Source: an uncultured Rikenella sp. (GTDB lineage Bacteria; Bacteroidota; Bacteroidia; Bacteroidales; VadinHA17). Taken from it: a DNA stretch of 64,000 bases. Positions 28,099 to 37,182 of the stretch are shown here, in pieces. Every line of letters begins with the position of its first letter. The stretch's first letter is position 1. The stretch spans positions 6,669-70,668 of the forward strand of contig CAZHZC010000006.1 in assembly GCA_964537135.1 (NCBI GenBank). The letters run 5' to 3'. The notes beneath the pieces are model-generated. The model ran no database searches. It saw only the letters and a program-made list of their open reading frames with translations, and was not told where the DNA came from. A program made the position numbers and the translations under genes.

Positions 28099-28193
28099 CA
28101 TCAGATATGGCAGAACATCAGATGGGTGAGCACCCTCAGGTGTGGCAGTACTCTGAGATAAGACAGAACATCAGATAAGGCCGAACATCAGAT
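28097..28193. repeat. Four dispersed or tandem copies of AACATCAGAT in the spacer after the asparaginase fusion gene
   Basis: Copies at 28097, 28114, 28167 and 28184. The first overlaps the stop codon. Confidence 0.75.
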
Positions 28194-28216
28194 GGGGCAG
28201 AATTCTCTGCCCCATC
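28191..28216. terminator. Perfect 11-bp-stem hairpin between convergent genes (candidate bidirectional terminator)
   Basis: GATGGGGCAGA-ATTC-TCTGCCCCATC read directly. There is no strong U-tract. Confidence 0.4.
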
Positions 28217-28274
28217 TCATTGTAAAACAGCAGGCTGAATGGTTGTGGCTCCGGCACCGGGCGGCTATATGCTG

Positions 28275-29363
28275 TCAGTTGAGCCTCACCGAGCCGTAGG
28301 AGGCCCTGATACTGACACGTGATACCGGTGAGCTGCATGAGCCTACCCTGCCTGACAGCTCAGATGAGTTGGATCCGATGATTCGTCGCTCAGCATCGAA
28401 TTGTGAATCGCTCATATTGATACTGCCATATGAGCTGCGGGCATCAAGCCGGTAGCAGGCATCACGGGCTATGGCCAGCCTGACATGGCTGTAGCTGCTC
28501 TTCAGTGATACATCTTCAAACTGTGCAGGTATCTGATCAACAGTCAGGTTGCCATACCTCGTATCAGCCTCAAGCTTCATGTTGACCTTTCCAAACCGAA
28601 AATCAGTATACCCTCCTGTCACTACAATGTTGTTGGCCTTGCCTATGTTGTAGCCGTCATACCTGCAGTCAGCCACCAGTGAGCTCAGCTCACTGACCGA
28701 TATCTTTGAGTACCTGCTGTCTATCAGCAGTGCCCTCGCCTTCCCGATAGTTATTGCGTTGGCATAACGGGCATTGATCTCTGCCCAGCCCAGCTCGTCA
28801 ACGTTGAGTTTGCCGTACGCTATGTTGATGCTGTTCAGGGGTCTGCTCTCCCCGCGGGTGAGCCTGCCGATAGCCAGGTCTCCATACTTCACATTGACCC
28901 TGACATGCCCCGAGAGCTCATCGATGAGTGTCTTGCCATACATGTTTGTCAGGTCAAGGCTGATCCATGCCGGCATGCTTACCTTGTAACTGATACTGAA
29001 TGTCTGACCGCTGCCTCTCCAGCGCCATGATGAGAACTCCCTTGAGAAATCTCTGTTGAAGATGGTCTCAGCCCTCAGGTTCCCTTCTGCCTCAGTGAAT
29101 TCAATACTGATCATCTCAAGTATACGGCTGGCTCTCTCTCCGGAAGGATGTTCCACTTTTACCTTCACATCGATGACAATCTGGTTGCGGTCCCATGTCT
29201 CGGTAACCACATCACCATACTTATTGATGATGGTCAGGGTTGTGCCCTTTACCGGTACCATCTCATGGTGATACTCTTTACTCACCTCCGTGGCATATAG
29301 TGAGAGGGAGAAGAGGAGGAGAAGCGGCACTATGAATGCCAGCCTAGTAGATAACTTTTTCAT
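28275..29363 (-). CDS. DUF4097-like putative adhesin / beta-helix protein (third gene of the ECF sigma module)
   Basis: Signal peptide MKKLSTRLAFIVPLLLLFSL. Repetitive ...YG.I.V... beta-strand pattern. Overlaps the upstream anti-sigma-like gene. Confidence 0.55.
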   Translation of the reverse strand: MKKLSTRLAFIVPLLLLFSLSLYATEVSKEYHHEMVPVKGTTLTIINKYGDVVTETWDRNQIVIDVKVKVEHPSGERASRILEMISIEFTEAEGNLRAETIFNRDFSREFSSWRWRGSGQTFSISYKVSMPAWISLDLTNMYGKTLIDELSGHVRVNVKYGDLAIGRLTRGESRPLNSINIAYGKLNVDELGWAEINARYANAITIGKARALLIDSRYSKISVSELSSLVADCRYDGYNIGKANNIVVTGGYTDFRFGKVNMKLEADTRYGNLTVDQIPAQFEDVSLKSSYSHVRLAIARDACYRLDARSSYGSINMSDSQFDAERRIIGSNSSELSGRVGSCSSPVSRVSIRASYGSVRLN

Positions 29364-29907
29364 GGCCATCTGTTTTTGAGGTTTCTGCTTTTATTTCTCT
29401 GAGTTGTTCAAGGATATAGCTCAGCACATCAATCTTGGTCTGGTAATGATTTATCATGGCATCAATAATCCGCTGGTCATTGGGGTTGACCCTCAGCTCA
29501 CGTTGCAGGTCATGATATATTGAGTCCATGGCAGCCATCTCATCGAGGAGTGCCCTCTGCTGCTCAGGTGTGGTGAGCTCTGCTGACGATATCTCATTCT
29601 CCATCAGGGCCACCTCCCTGACATAGTAGCGCTCAGCCTCACGGTATTCGGGTGAGACCTGGCTGAGGGTCATCTTCCTGTTAAGATTGGGTTTGATGAA
29701 ATGGTCAAAGCTCCACAGTGATGAGAGTGTCACCAGCAGGGTGACCACTGCAGCCCTGAGCAGGTAGGGGACGATACTCCTCTTTGCCGGCCGCGCATGA
29801 AGCCGGGTGGCAAGCTTAAAGCTGAACCGTTCGGCATGCCCCTCCGGTGGCTCCTGATCATCAAACAGCCCCCGTTCTCTTCTTATTATATCTTCTATAC
29901 TACTCAT
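29344..29907 (-). CDS. Putative anti-sigma factor (single-pass membrane protein)
   Basis: 187 aa with one central TM (IVPYLLRAAVVTLLVTLSSLW). Lies directly downstream (25 nt) of the ECF sigma gene. Confidence 0.5.
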   Translation of the reverse strand: MSSIEDIIRRERGLFDDQEPPEGHAERFSFKLATRLHARPAKRSIVPYLLRAAVVTLLVTLSSLWSFDHFIKPNLNRKMTLSQVSPEYREAERYYVREVALMENEISSAELTTPEQQRALLDEMAAMDSIYHDLQRELRVNPNDQRIIDAMINHYQTKIDVLSYILEQLREIKAETSKTDGHEKVIY

Positions 29908-29932
29908 AACTCTGATTCACTACTTCTCATCA

Positions 29933-30550
29933 TTAAAAGAGATTACGTTTTTTCATCTCACCCACCAGCTTCTGTTTTGCCCTTGAGAGCTGTGACCGTG
30001 AGGTGCTGCTGTTGATATGCAGCATCTCGGCTATCTCATCATGGTCATACCCCTCAATCAGGTAGAGCGAGAGTATCACGCGGTACCCTTCCGGCAGCTG
30101 GCTGATGGCAGCCTTTATCTCTTCGGCCTTCATCTCTACCTCCTGGTGGTAGGCTGCCTCATCGCCGCTATCATCATAGATGCTGGTATGCTTCTCAATA
30201 TCTTCAAAGATCATCTTACGTTTTCCCAGGGCATCGAGTGACCTGTTTACAACGATCCTCTTGAGCCAGGCTCCGAAGCTCACCTTTCCTGAATAGGTCT
30301 CTATCTTCTCAAAAGCAGAGAGAAATGCTTCCTGCATAATATCTTCCGCCTCCATCTGATCATTCACTATACGCAGGCTGGTGTTGTACATCGCCTTGTA
30401 ATAGAGCTTGTAGACCTGAAACTGTGCTTTCTGGTCACCTGCCAGACAGCCATCTATCAGCTCCTGGTGGATATTTTTGAATGCTGCTTCAACACTCTCC
30501 ATCTTTTTCCCAAGAACGGTATTAGTTATGTTTGATGCTGCACCCACCAT
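29933..30550 (-). CDS. RNA polymerase ECF-type sigma-70 factor
   Basis: Region 2 (DIMQEAFLSAFEKI) and region 4 (EGYDHDEIAEMLHINSSTSRSQLSRAKQKL). ATG 30502 is an alternative start. Confidence 0.85.
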   Translation of the reverse strand: MVGAASNITNTVLGKKMESVEAAFKNIHQELIDGCLAGDQKAQFQVYKLYYKAMYNTSLRIVNDQMEAEDIMQEAFLSAFEKIETYSGKVSFGAWLKRIVVNRSLDALGKRKMIFEDIEKHTSIYDDSGDEAAYHQEVEMKAEEIKAAISQLPEGYRVILSLYLIEGYDHDEIAEMLHINSSTSRSQLSRAKQKLVGEMKKRNLF

Positions 30551-30635
30551 TTTCTACTCTTCTACCCAATGACGAAGGTGATGGATGATTGCTGCATCCA
30601 AATTAAGAAAAAGCGTGATAAAAGGAAGAAAAAAA

Positions 30636-31442
30636 TTATCCCTGTGTCACTGCACCGGTAGCATAGTCGAGCTCAGAGCCGAACAGGCTGTGTGGGATAG
30701 AGTATATCAGCAGCAGCAGGATAGCTGCTGCAATGGTATAACCGGGGCGTCTCTTGCGGTGGTTCATCACCACTGCCACCACCCACCCTATCACGGCAAT
30801 AAGTGTCTTGTTGTCAGTGAGGTCCCACCCGAAAGGCACACCTGTCCAGAAGTCACCAAAGGCATACTTCTGTACCACCGGGCCCAGCACCATCCCGCCG
30901 GCGAGCAGCAGCCAGAGGGCCAGCCGGCCATACCTTCGCTGTGACTCCATACCTGTTGCGGCAGTGATTCCTGCCACGTTGGAGAGCAGCATGGCCATGA
31001 ACATGATAAGGATGTGGGGTATCATCACCAGTGCAGGTACATCACCCTTGAAACGTATCACCACCGGAGCCTCCCTCATGACAGCTGCCTCACCGCCGGA
31101 GGGGTCAGTCAGCACAAGGTAATACTCAAGCTTGCCGGCAGGAGGCTGTGATGGCAGCTCACCGGAGAGCCACCGGCCATCATGCTTCATCTCAACCCGG
31201 CTCCACTCATCATCCGTCCGGTAGCGGCGGTAAAAAATCTCTCCGGCAAACTCTTCAGGCAGCTCAGCCCTGATCAGACAGGGGTGAGTGTTTGTCTGGC
31301 TACGCTTCAGTGAGAGGGAGTAGCTGGTATCACCAAGGGTCACACTGGTACGGTAAGGGTAGGTGGGACCGGTAGTGCGCTGGTAGAGTGCCGCAGCGAC
31401 AGTGATTATTATGGCTGCTATCCAGGGTAGTGAACGCTTCAT
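30636..31442 (-). CDS. Hypothetical membrane protein (N-terminal anchor, soluble beta-rich domain, then about 4 TM helices)
   Basis: Hydrophobicity pattern only. No family recognised. Confidence 0.45.
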   Translation of the reverse strand: MKRSLPWIAAIIITVAAALYQRTTGPTYPYRTSVTLGDTSYSLSLKRSQTNTHPCLIRAELPEEFAGEIFYRRYRTDDEWSRVEMKHDGRWLSGELPSQPPAGKLEYYLVLTDPSGGEAAVMREAPVVIRFKGDVPALVMIPHILIMFMAMLLSNVAGITAATGMESQRRYGRLALWLLLAGGMVLGPVVQKYAFGDFWTGVPFGWDLTDNKTLIAVIGWVVAVVMNHRKRRPGYTIAAAILLLLIYSIPHSLFGSELDYATGAVTQG

Positions 31443-31483
31443 GGTCTATATGTGATGATTGACAATCTTAACATCCTGATGTG

Positions 31484-32698
31484 TCAGGCTCCAAACTGCA
31501 GTATCGCTCTCTTTATCAGTGACAGGGCCTCTCTCAGCTGCTCCTCGGTGATCACCAGGGGAGGGGCAAAGCGGATAATATCACCATGGGTCGGTTTGGC
31601 CAGCACGCCCAGCTCTTTCATGGCTATGCAGACATCCCAGGCCTCCTTGCCGTTCTTGGGCTTTATCACCACCGCATTGAGCAGTCCTTTCCCCCTGACA
31701 ATACTTATCATGTCAGACTTGATACTCTTCAGCTCCTCACGGAATATCTTGCCCAGGTGATCAGCTCTCTCAGCCAGCTTCTCATCCCTGACCACCTCAA
31801 GGGCTGCTATGGCCACTTTGCAGGCGAGAGGATTGCCGCCGAAGGTTGAGCCATGCTCTCCGGGCCTGATGGTCAGCATGATAGGGTCATCGGCCAGTAC
31901 AGCCGATACCGGGAAGACACCACCTGACAGTGCCTTGCCAAGTATCAGTATGTCAGGCCTGACACCTTCATGATCACATGCCAGCATCTTTCCTGTACGG
32001 GCAATACCGGTCTGTATCTCATCAGCGATGAAGAGTACGTTATGCTTCCTGCAGAGATCGTACGCCCTCTTCAGGTAGCCCTCATCAGGTACGTAGACAC
32101 CTGCCTCACCCTGTATAGGCTCTACCAGGAATCCTGCAACATCAGGGTCAGCCAGTGCCTTTTCCAGGGCCGGGATATCATTGTAGGGTATGGTTACAAA
32201 GCCAGGGGTGAACGGACCATAGTCTTTACGTGCATCGGGGTCGGTTGACATGGAGACAATGGTGATGGTACGGCCATGGAAATTACCTTCACAGACAATG
32301 ATCTTGGCCTGGTTTTCAGCTACACCCTTTACCTTGTAGGCCCACTTGCGGCACAGCTTCAGGGCGGTCTCGTCACCCTCGGCACCGGTATTCATTGGCA
32401 GTACCTTGTCATAACCGAAATAGCGAGTGATGAACTCTTCATACTCACCCAGCACCGAGTTGTAGAAGGCACGTGAGGTGAGGGTCAGCCTGGCAGCCTG
32501 CTCTGTCAGGGCATCTATGATCCTGGGGTGACAGTGCCCCTGGTTGACAGCTGAGTATGCAGAGAGAAAGTCATAGTAACGCCTGCCATCAGTATCCCAG
32601 ACAAATACACCCTCACCCCGGTCAAGCACTACCGGTAGTGGATGATAGTTATGGGCTCCGTACTTCTCTTCTCTCGCAATGTAATCTTCAGGTTTCAT
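31484..32698 (-). CDS. rocD: Ornithine--oxo-acid aminotransferase
   Basis: 404 aa with [16 protein letters not shown]..., [24 protein letters not shown] and the class-III PLP aminotransferase lysine context LGKALSGG. Confidence 0.9.
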   Translation of the reverse strand: MKPEDYIAREEKYGAHNYHPLPVVLDRGEGVFVWDTDGRRYYDFLSAYSAVNQGHCHPRIIDALTEQAARLTLTSRAFYNSVLGEYEEFITRYFGYDKVLPMNTGAEGDETALKLCRKWAYKVKGVAENQAKIIVCEGNFHGRTITIVSMSTDPDARKDYGPFTPGFVTIPYNDIPALEKALADPDVAGFLVEPIQGEAGVYVPDEGYLKRAYDLCRKHNVLFIADEIQTGIARTGKMLACDHEGVRPDILILGKALSGGVFPVSAVLADDPIMLTIRPGEHGSTFGGNPLACKVAIAALEVVRDEKLAERADHLGKIFREELKSIKSDMISIVRGKGLLNAVVIKPKNGKEAWDVCIAMKELGVLAKPTHGDIIRFAPPLVITEEQLREALSLIKRAILQFGA

Positions 32699-32797
32699 GG
32701 TAATATGATTTTGTTTTTTTGTTCGGAAGGATACAATAATACAAACCTTTTGTGATATAATGAAGGGTGTGAATCATCTTTTGTCAACCGGCAGGTG

Positions 32798-32975
32798 AGG
32801 CCTTTTGTTCATCCGGCAGGTCAGATCTTATCTCATTCGACAGATCAGGCCTTTTGTTCATCCGGCGGATCAGCTCTGTTGCCATCCGGCAGGTCAGGCC
32901 TTTTGTTCATCCGGCGGATCAGCTCTGTTGCCATCCGGCAGGTCAGGCCTGTTGTCATCCATCAGGTCGGGTCTT
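32798..32975. repeat. 49-bp tandem repeat array, about 3.6 copies, spanning the trmD stop codon
   Basis: Units start at 32798, 32847, 32896 and 32945. Units 2 and 3 are identical: aggccttttgttcatccggcggatcagctctgttgccatccggcaggtc. Confidence 0.92.
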
Positions 32976-33628
32976 TTTTCAGCGGTAAGACGAAGCGACT
33001 GCTCCAGCCGCCACCTCTCTATCTCAGGCGTATTGCCTCCCAGCAGAATGTCAGGCACCTGCCAGCCGCGAAACTGAGAGGGGCGTGTATAGACGGGAGG
33101 GGCAAGCAGGTTATCCTGAAAAGAGTCACTAAGGGCTGACCCTGAGTCGGAGATGGCCCCGGGGAGGAGTCTCACCAGGGCATCGGTTATAACAGCTGCA
33201 GGAAGCTCACCGCCGGTAAGCACATAGTCGCCCAGGGAGATCTCGCGCGTGATGAGGTGGTCTCTGATGCGTTGGTCAATACCTTTGTAGTGCCCCGCCA
33301 GGATAATAATATTACGCTTCATCGAGAGCTCATTGGCCATCGGCTGGGTAAAACGCTCGCCATCGGGAGAGGTGTAGATGATCTCATCATAATGGCGCTC
33401 AGAGGTGAGGCGGGTGATGCAGTTGTAGACCGGCTCAACCATCATCACCATACCGGGACCTCCGCCAAAGGGATAGTCATCAACACTCCTGTGACGGTCA
33501 GTAGCATAGTCACGCAGATCGATGAGATTGATCTCCACCACACCCCTCTCACGTGCCCGTTTTATTATAGACTCCTCCAGCGGACTACGGAGGAGTGCCG
33601 GGAGTACTGTTATAATGTCAATTCGCAT
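32894..33628 (-). CDS. trmD: tRNA (guanine37-N1)-methyltransferase TrmD with a repeat-derived C-terminal extension
   Basis: [10 protein letters not shown]...GGGPGMVM...[11 protein letters not shown]...[14 protein letters not shown]. The tail [26 protein letters not shown] is encoded by the 49-bp array. Confidence 0.93.
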   Translation of the reverse strand: MRIDIITVLPALLRSPLEESIIKRARERGVVEINLIDLRDYATDRHRSVDDYPFGGGPGMVMMVEPVYNCITRLTSERHYDEIIYTSPDGERFTQPMANELSMKRNIIILAGHYKGIDQRIRDHLITREISLGDYVLTGGELPAAVITDALVRLLPGAISDSGSALSDSFQDNLLAPPVYTRPSQFRGWQVPDILLGGNTPEIERWRLEQSLRLTAEKRPDLMDDNRPDLPDGNRADPPDEQKA

Positions 33629-33664
33629 AAGTACCAGTTTGTTAAAACTAATTATCTTTTTTTA

Positions 33665-33672
33665 TATCTTTG
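33665..33672 (+). promoter_or_regulatory. Candidate -7 box (TAnnTTTG) for yegP-like gene
   Basis: tatctttg lies 42 nt upstream of ATG 33714, in an AT-rich divergent spacer. Confidence 0.3.
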
Positions 33673-33713
33673 GGCAAAATTTTTTAAAAGTATTTCTTCT
33701 AAAATGTTCAACT

Positions 33714-34049
33714 ATGGGAAAGTTTGTTATCACAAAAAGGAAAAATGGTGAGTTTCAGTTCAATCTGCTTGCAACAAATGGTCAGGTGATTCTCTCAAGT
33801 GAGGGTTATACCACTAAGCCTTCATGCATCAACGGCCTCAATTCAGTCATGAAGAACGCCTCTGACCCCAACAGGTTCGAAACAAAGCTAGCCAAGGATG
33901 GCCGGTTCTTTTTCAACCTGAAGGCAGCAAACGGACAGATCATAGGCAGCAGCCAGATGTACAAGTCAGAGGCCAGCCGTGACAACGGTATTGCTTCAGT
34001 GCAGAACAATGCGCCTGATGCAACCGTTGATGATCAGACCACAGCTTAG
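33714..34049 (+). CDS. YegP family protein (tandem DUF1508 repeats)
   Basis: 111 aa from ATG 33714. MGKFVITKRKNGEFQFNLLATNGQVILSSEGYTTK... is repeated as ...GRFFFNLKAANGQIIGSSQMY. Confidence 0.85.
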   Translation: MGKFVITKRKNGEFQFNLLATNGQVILSSEGYTTKPSCINGLNSVMKNASDPNRFETKLAKDGRFFFNLKAANGQIIGSSQMYKSEASRDNGIASVQNNAPDATVDDQTTA

Positions 34050-35743
34050 AGACTCTCAGCTTTTCTCTCATATACAATCTTGCCATCAACGATTGTATAG
34101 TCAGCTTTAACAGACATAATCATCTCCTCAGGGATATTGAATATATCTTCAGAGAGGATGGTTATGTCTGCCAGGTAACCTACTCTTATCATCCCCTTTC
34201 TCTCCTCCATGAACTGTGCATAGGCTGATCCGAGTGTATAGTACTCAATCGCCTTCTCCATGGTGATCTTCTCCATAGGGAACCATCCGTCACCCTCCTC
34301 ACCCTTGCGGTCTTTCCTTGTCACGGCTGCGTAGAGCCCCTCCATAGGGTTCAGCGGTTCAACGGTATAGTCAGTGCCGAAGGCGAGCCTGGCACCGTTG
34401 TCGGCAAGACTCTTCCATGCGTAGGCCCAGCGGCTGCGTTCCGGGCCTATCCTCTTCTCGGCAAAGCGCTTGTCGGTAATGCAGTGTACAGGCTGCATAG
34501 AGGCTACCACCCCCAGCTCTGCAAAACGGGGGATATCCTTCTCAATAAGTATCTGCGCATGCTCTGAGCGGTGACGGCTGTCACGCACACCGTTCACCTC
34601 ACCCGCCTTCTCAAAGGCATTCAGTATCCAGTTGTTGGCCATCGGGCCAATAGCATGTATACCTATCTGGAAGCCGCGACTGTCAGCTGCCAGCACACGT
34701 CTCTCAAGCTCCTCATAGCTCATCTGTGGCAGACCGCTCTTGTCAGGCTCATCTTCAAACGGCTCAAACATCATGGCTGTGGCTGACCCCAGTGTGCCAT
34801 CCATAAAATCTTTCAGGTAGCCAAACCTGATCCAGTCACCTGACAAGGGGTACCTCTCCCTCAGCCTCTCATACCTCTCCAGCCTGTCAGGGTCAGCAGT
34901 GAGGGTACCACCTATGTCTATACGGCAGGTGAGAAGGGCGGCAGCCAGGAGTGAGTCATAGACCTCAAAGCTGGCCTCACCAGGTATCTGTATGCTTGTG
35001 ATACCATAGCCGGCAGCCTGCTCAAGGGCCATGAGGTAGCCACGAAGCTCCCTGTCACGCTCCGCATCAGGGTCGCTCACCGAAGGCAGGGCACCGGTAC
35101 GTATGAGTGACATGGCACTCTCCTTCAGCACACCGGTCGGCTCACCGGTGACAGGGTCACGCATGATCTCACCACCATAAGGGTCAGGGGTGGCACGGGT
35201 GATACCTGACTCCCTGAGAACAAAGCTGTTGACCAGTGCACTGTGACCATCGGTACGGCGCAGGACTACCGGATTATCGGGAGAGACAGCATCGATGAGC
35301 TCCCTGGAAGGCCATGCCGGTACAATAAACATCTCATGATCCCAGTGGCCACCGTAGATCAGCTCTCCCTTATGTGAACGGGCTGCCTTCTCACCTACCT
35401 TCCTGGTGATGAGTGACGGGTCAGTGGTGTAACGAAGCTCAATATAGTCGGGGTCTACCGGACCAAAATGGGCATGGGCATCATTAAACCCCGGAATGAC
35501 CGTCCTGCCACCGGCATCAATAACCCTGGTGAGGGAGGGGGCTATGTGCCGGCGTACCGCCCTCTCTGAGCCAACGGCAATGATACGGTTACCACGTATA
35601 GCCACCGCCCCGGCGTAAGGATTCTCTGCATCGGCAGTGAACACCTTGCCGCCGGTAATGACAATATCAGCTTTTTCGGCCTCACGGCACCCTGATGAGA
35701 CGATCAGCATGAAGAGGAAGAGAAGAAGAAAATTTTTATTCAT
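34046..35743 (-). CDS. Amidohydrolase family (amidohydrolase-3 / TIM-barrel metallohydrolase) lipoprotein
   Basis: Lipoprotein signal MNKNFLLLFLFMLIVSSGC from ATG 35743. Has PGFNDAHAHF metal-binding and ...GTDY... motifs. Confidence 0.8.
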   Translation of the reverse strand: MNKNFLLLFLFMLIVSSGCREAEKADIVITGGKVFTADAENPYAGAVAIRGNRIIAVGSERAVRRHIAPSLTRVIDAGGRTVIPGFNDAHAHFGPVDPDYIELRYTTDPSLITRKVGEKAARSHKGELIYGGHWDHEMFIVPAWPSRELIDAVSPDNPVVLRRTDGHSALVNSFVLRESGITRATPDPYGGEIMRDPVTGEPTGVLKESAMSLIRTGALPSVSDPDAERDRELRGYLMALEQAAGYGITSIQIPGEASFEVYDSLLAAALLTCRIDIGGTLTADPDRLERYERLRERYPLSGDWIRFGYLKDFMDGTLGSATAMMFEPFEDEPDKSGLPQMSYEELERRVLAADSRGFQIGIHAIGPMANNWILNAFEKAGEVNGVRDSRHRSEHAQILIEKDIPRFAELGVVASMQPVHCITDKRFAEKRIGPERSRWAYAWKSLADNGARLAFGTDYTVEPLNPMEGLYAAVTRKDRKGEEGDGWFPMEKITMEKAIEYYTLGSAYAQFMEERKGMIRVGYLADITILSEDIFNIPEEMIMSVKADYTIVDGKIVYERKAESL

Positions 35744-35837
35744 CACAATGATTTGTTGAAAACTGGTACAAGATAAAAAAATAGGCGTTACTTTAGTCGT
35801 CGGTAAATCTTTGAAAAACAACTCCAATTCTCAGATT

Positions 35838-37124
35838 ATGAAAAATAAGCCGATACCGCCCGGATATCTCTATTCGAAAGGGTATACCAACTACGTCTTT
35901 ATCCTGCTCTTCCTGCTATACATGTTCGACTATATAGACAGGATGATCGTAACGTCGATGTTCGTGCATATTGAGCAGGACCTTGGCCTTACCCATACCC
36001 AGAGCGGGCTGCTCGTATCATCGGTCTACTGGGCAATAGTGCTGCTCACCTTTCCTGTATCAATTCTTGTTGACAGGTGGAACCGTACCAAGACGATCAG
36101 TATCATGGCGGTTCTGTGGAGCCTGGCAACCGCCCTCTGTGCCCTTACCGGCAACTTTGTACAGCTGGTGCTGGCCAGGGCTCTGATAGGAATAGGGGAG
36201 GCCGGCTATGCACCGGGAGGCAGCGCAGTGATATCGGGCCTCTACCCTGTGGAGAAACGGTCACGGATGCTGGGGCTATGGAATGCATCCATACCGCTGG
36301 GGACAGCTATAGGGGTACTGCTGGGTGGTATCATAGCATCAAGCCTGGGGTGGAAGCATGCATTCGGTATTGTGGCACTGCCCGGACTGATAGTGGCAAT
36401 AATGTTTTACTTTGTCAAAGACTACAAGACGGTAGACCTCTCATTTGTTGACAAGAATAACCTGAGAGTGAAGATGAAGAGCTCTGACATGGTCAGGGAG
36501 TTTCTCTCCAGACCATCGCTCATCTTTACCTATTTCGGATTTGCATCAGTGGTCTTTGTGACAACCTCACTGATTACCTGGCTCTCAACATACTTTCATG
36601 TGACGCGTGACCTGCCGATAGAGAAGGCCGGCTCAATGGCAAGCGCGGTAATGGTGCTGGCTATTGTGGGCGCTCCCGTGGGCGGAATAATAACCGACCG
36701 ATGGCGTAAAACAAACCTACGGGCGAGGCTGCTCTTCCCTACCATCACCTCGCTGCTCTCGGCTGCCTTCCTGCTCATAGCCCTGTGGCTGACCAAAGGA
36801 GCGGTGCAGTACATATTCTTTTTGCTGATGGGAGTGACCATAACAGCCTTTGTGTCAGCCGCATCAGCTGTGACACAGGATGTGATACATGCCGGTATGA
36901 GGGCTATGTCATACGCGGTGGCAGTGGTGGTGCAGAACCTGCTGGGAGCATCTACCGCACCGCTGGTGATAGGGAAACTCTATGACCTCCACTCAATTGA
37001 GACGGCACTGGCTGTATTGCCATTCATGCTGATACTGGGTGCCATATTCTTTTTTACCGGCTCACGCTACTATGTGAGAGACCTTGAGAAGACTGCAAAG
37101 ATCAGGCTTGAGGTGGAAGGATAG
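35838..37124 (+). CDS. MFS transporter
   Basis: About 12 predicted TM helices, with the MFS loop motif DRWNRTK between TM2 and TM3. ATG 35838 is preferred over the track's non-ATG start at 35811. Confidence 0.8.
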   Translation: MKNKPIPPGYLYSKGYTNYVFILLFLLYMFDYIDRMIVTSMFVHIEQDLGLTHTQSGLLVSSVYWAIVLLTFPVSILVDRWNRTKTISIMAVLWSLATALCALTGNFVQLVLARALIGIGEAGYAPGGSAVISGLYPVEKRSRMLGLWNASIPLGTAIGVLLGGIIASSLGWKHAFGIVALPGLIVAIMFYFVKDYKTVDLSFVDKNNLRVKMKSSDMVREFLSRPSLIFTYFGFASVVFVTTSLITWLSTYFHVTRDLPIEKAGSMASAVMVLAIVGAPVGGIITDRWRKTNLRARLLFPTITSLLSAAFLLIALWLTKGAVQYIFFLLMGVTITAFVSAASAVTQDVIHAGMRAMSYAVAVVVQNLLGASTAPLVIGKLYDLHSIETALAVLPFMLILGAIFFFTGSRYYVRDLEKTAKIRLEVEG

Positions 37125-37157
37125 GGGAGAGGATCAGCTGGTTTGAATTAATTATAG

Positions 37158-37165
37158 TAGATTTG
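37158..37165 (+). promoter_or_regulatory. Candidate -7 box (TAnnTTTG) for lepB
   Basis: tagatttg lies 18 nt upstream of ATG 37183. Confidence 0.3.
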
Positions 37166-37182
37166 CCCTCCGAAAACTGAGC

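Noticed and set aside
32795-33139. Plus-strand ORFs (114 aa and 90 aa) across the 49-bp array. A CRISPR array was also considered here
   Set aside because: The ORFs are repeat-frame artefacts antisense to trmD. This is not a CRISPR array because the units are contiguous with no unique spacers, and there are no cas genes.
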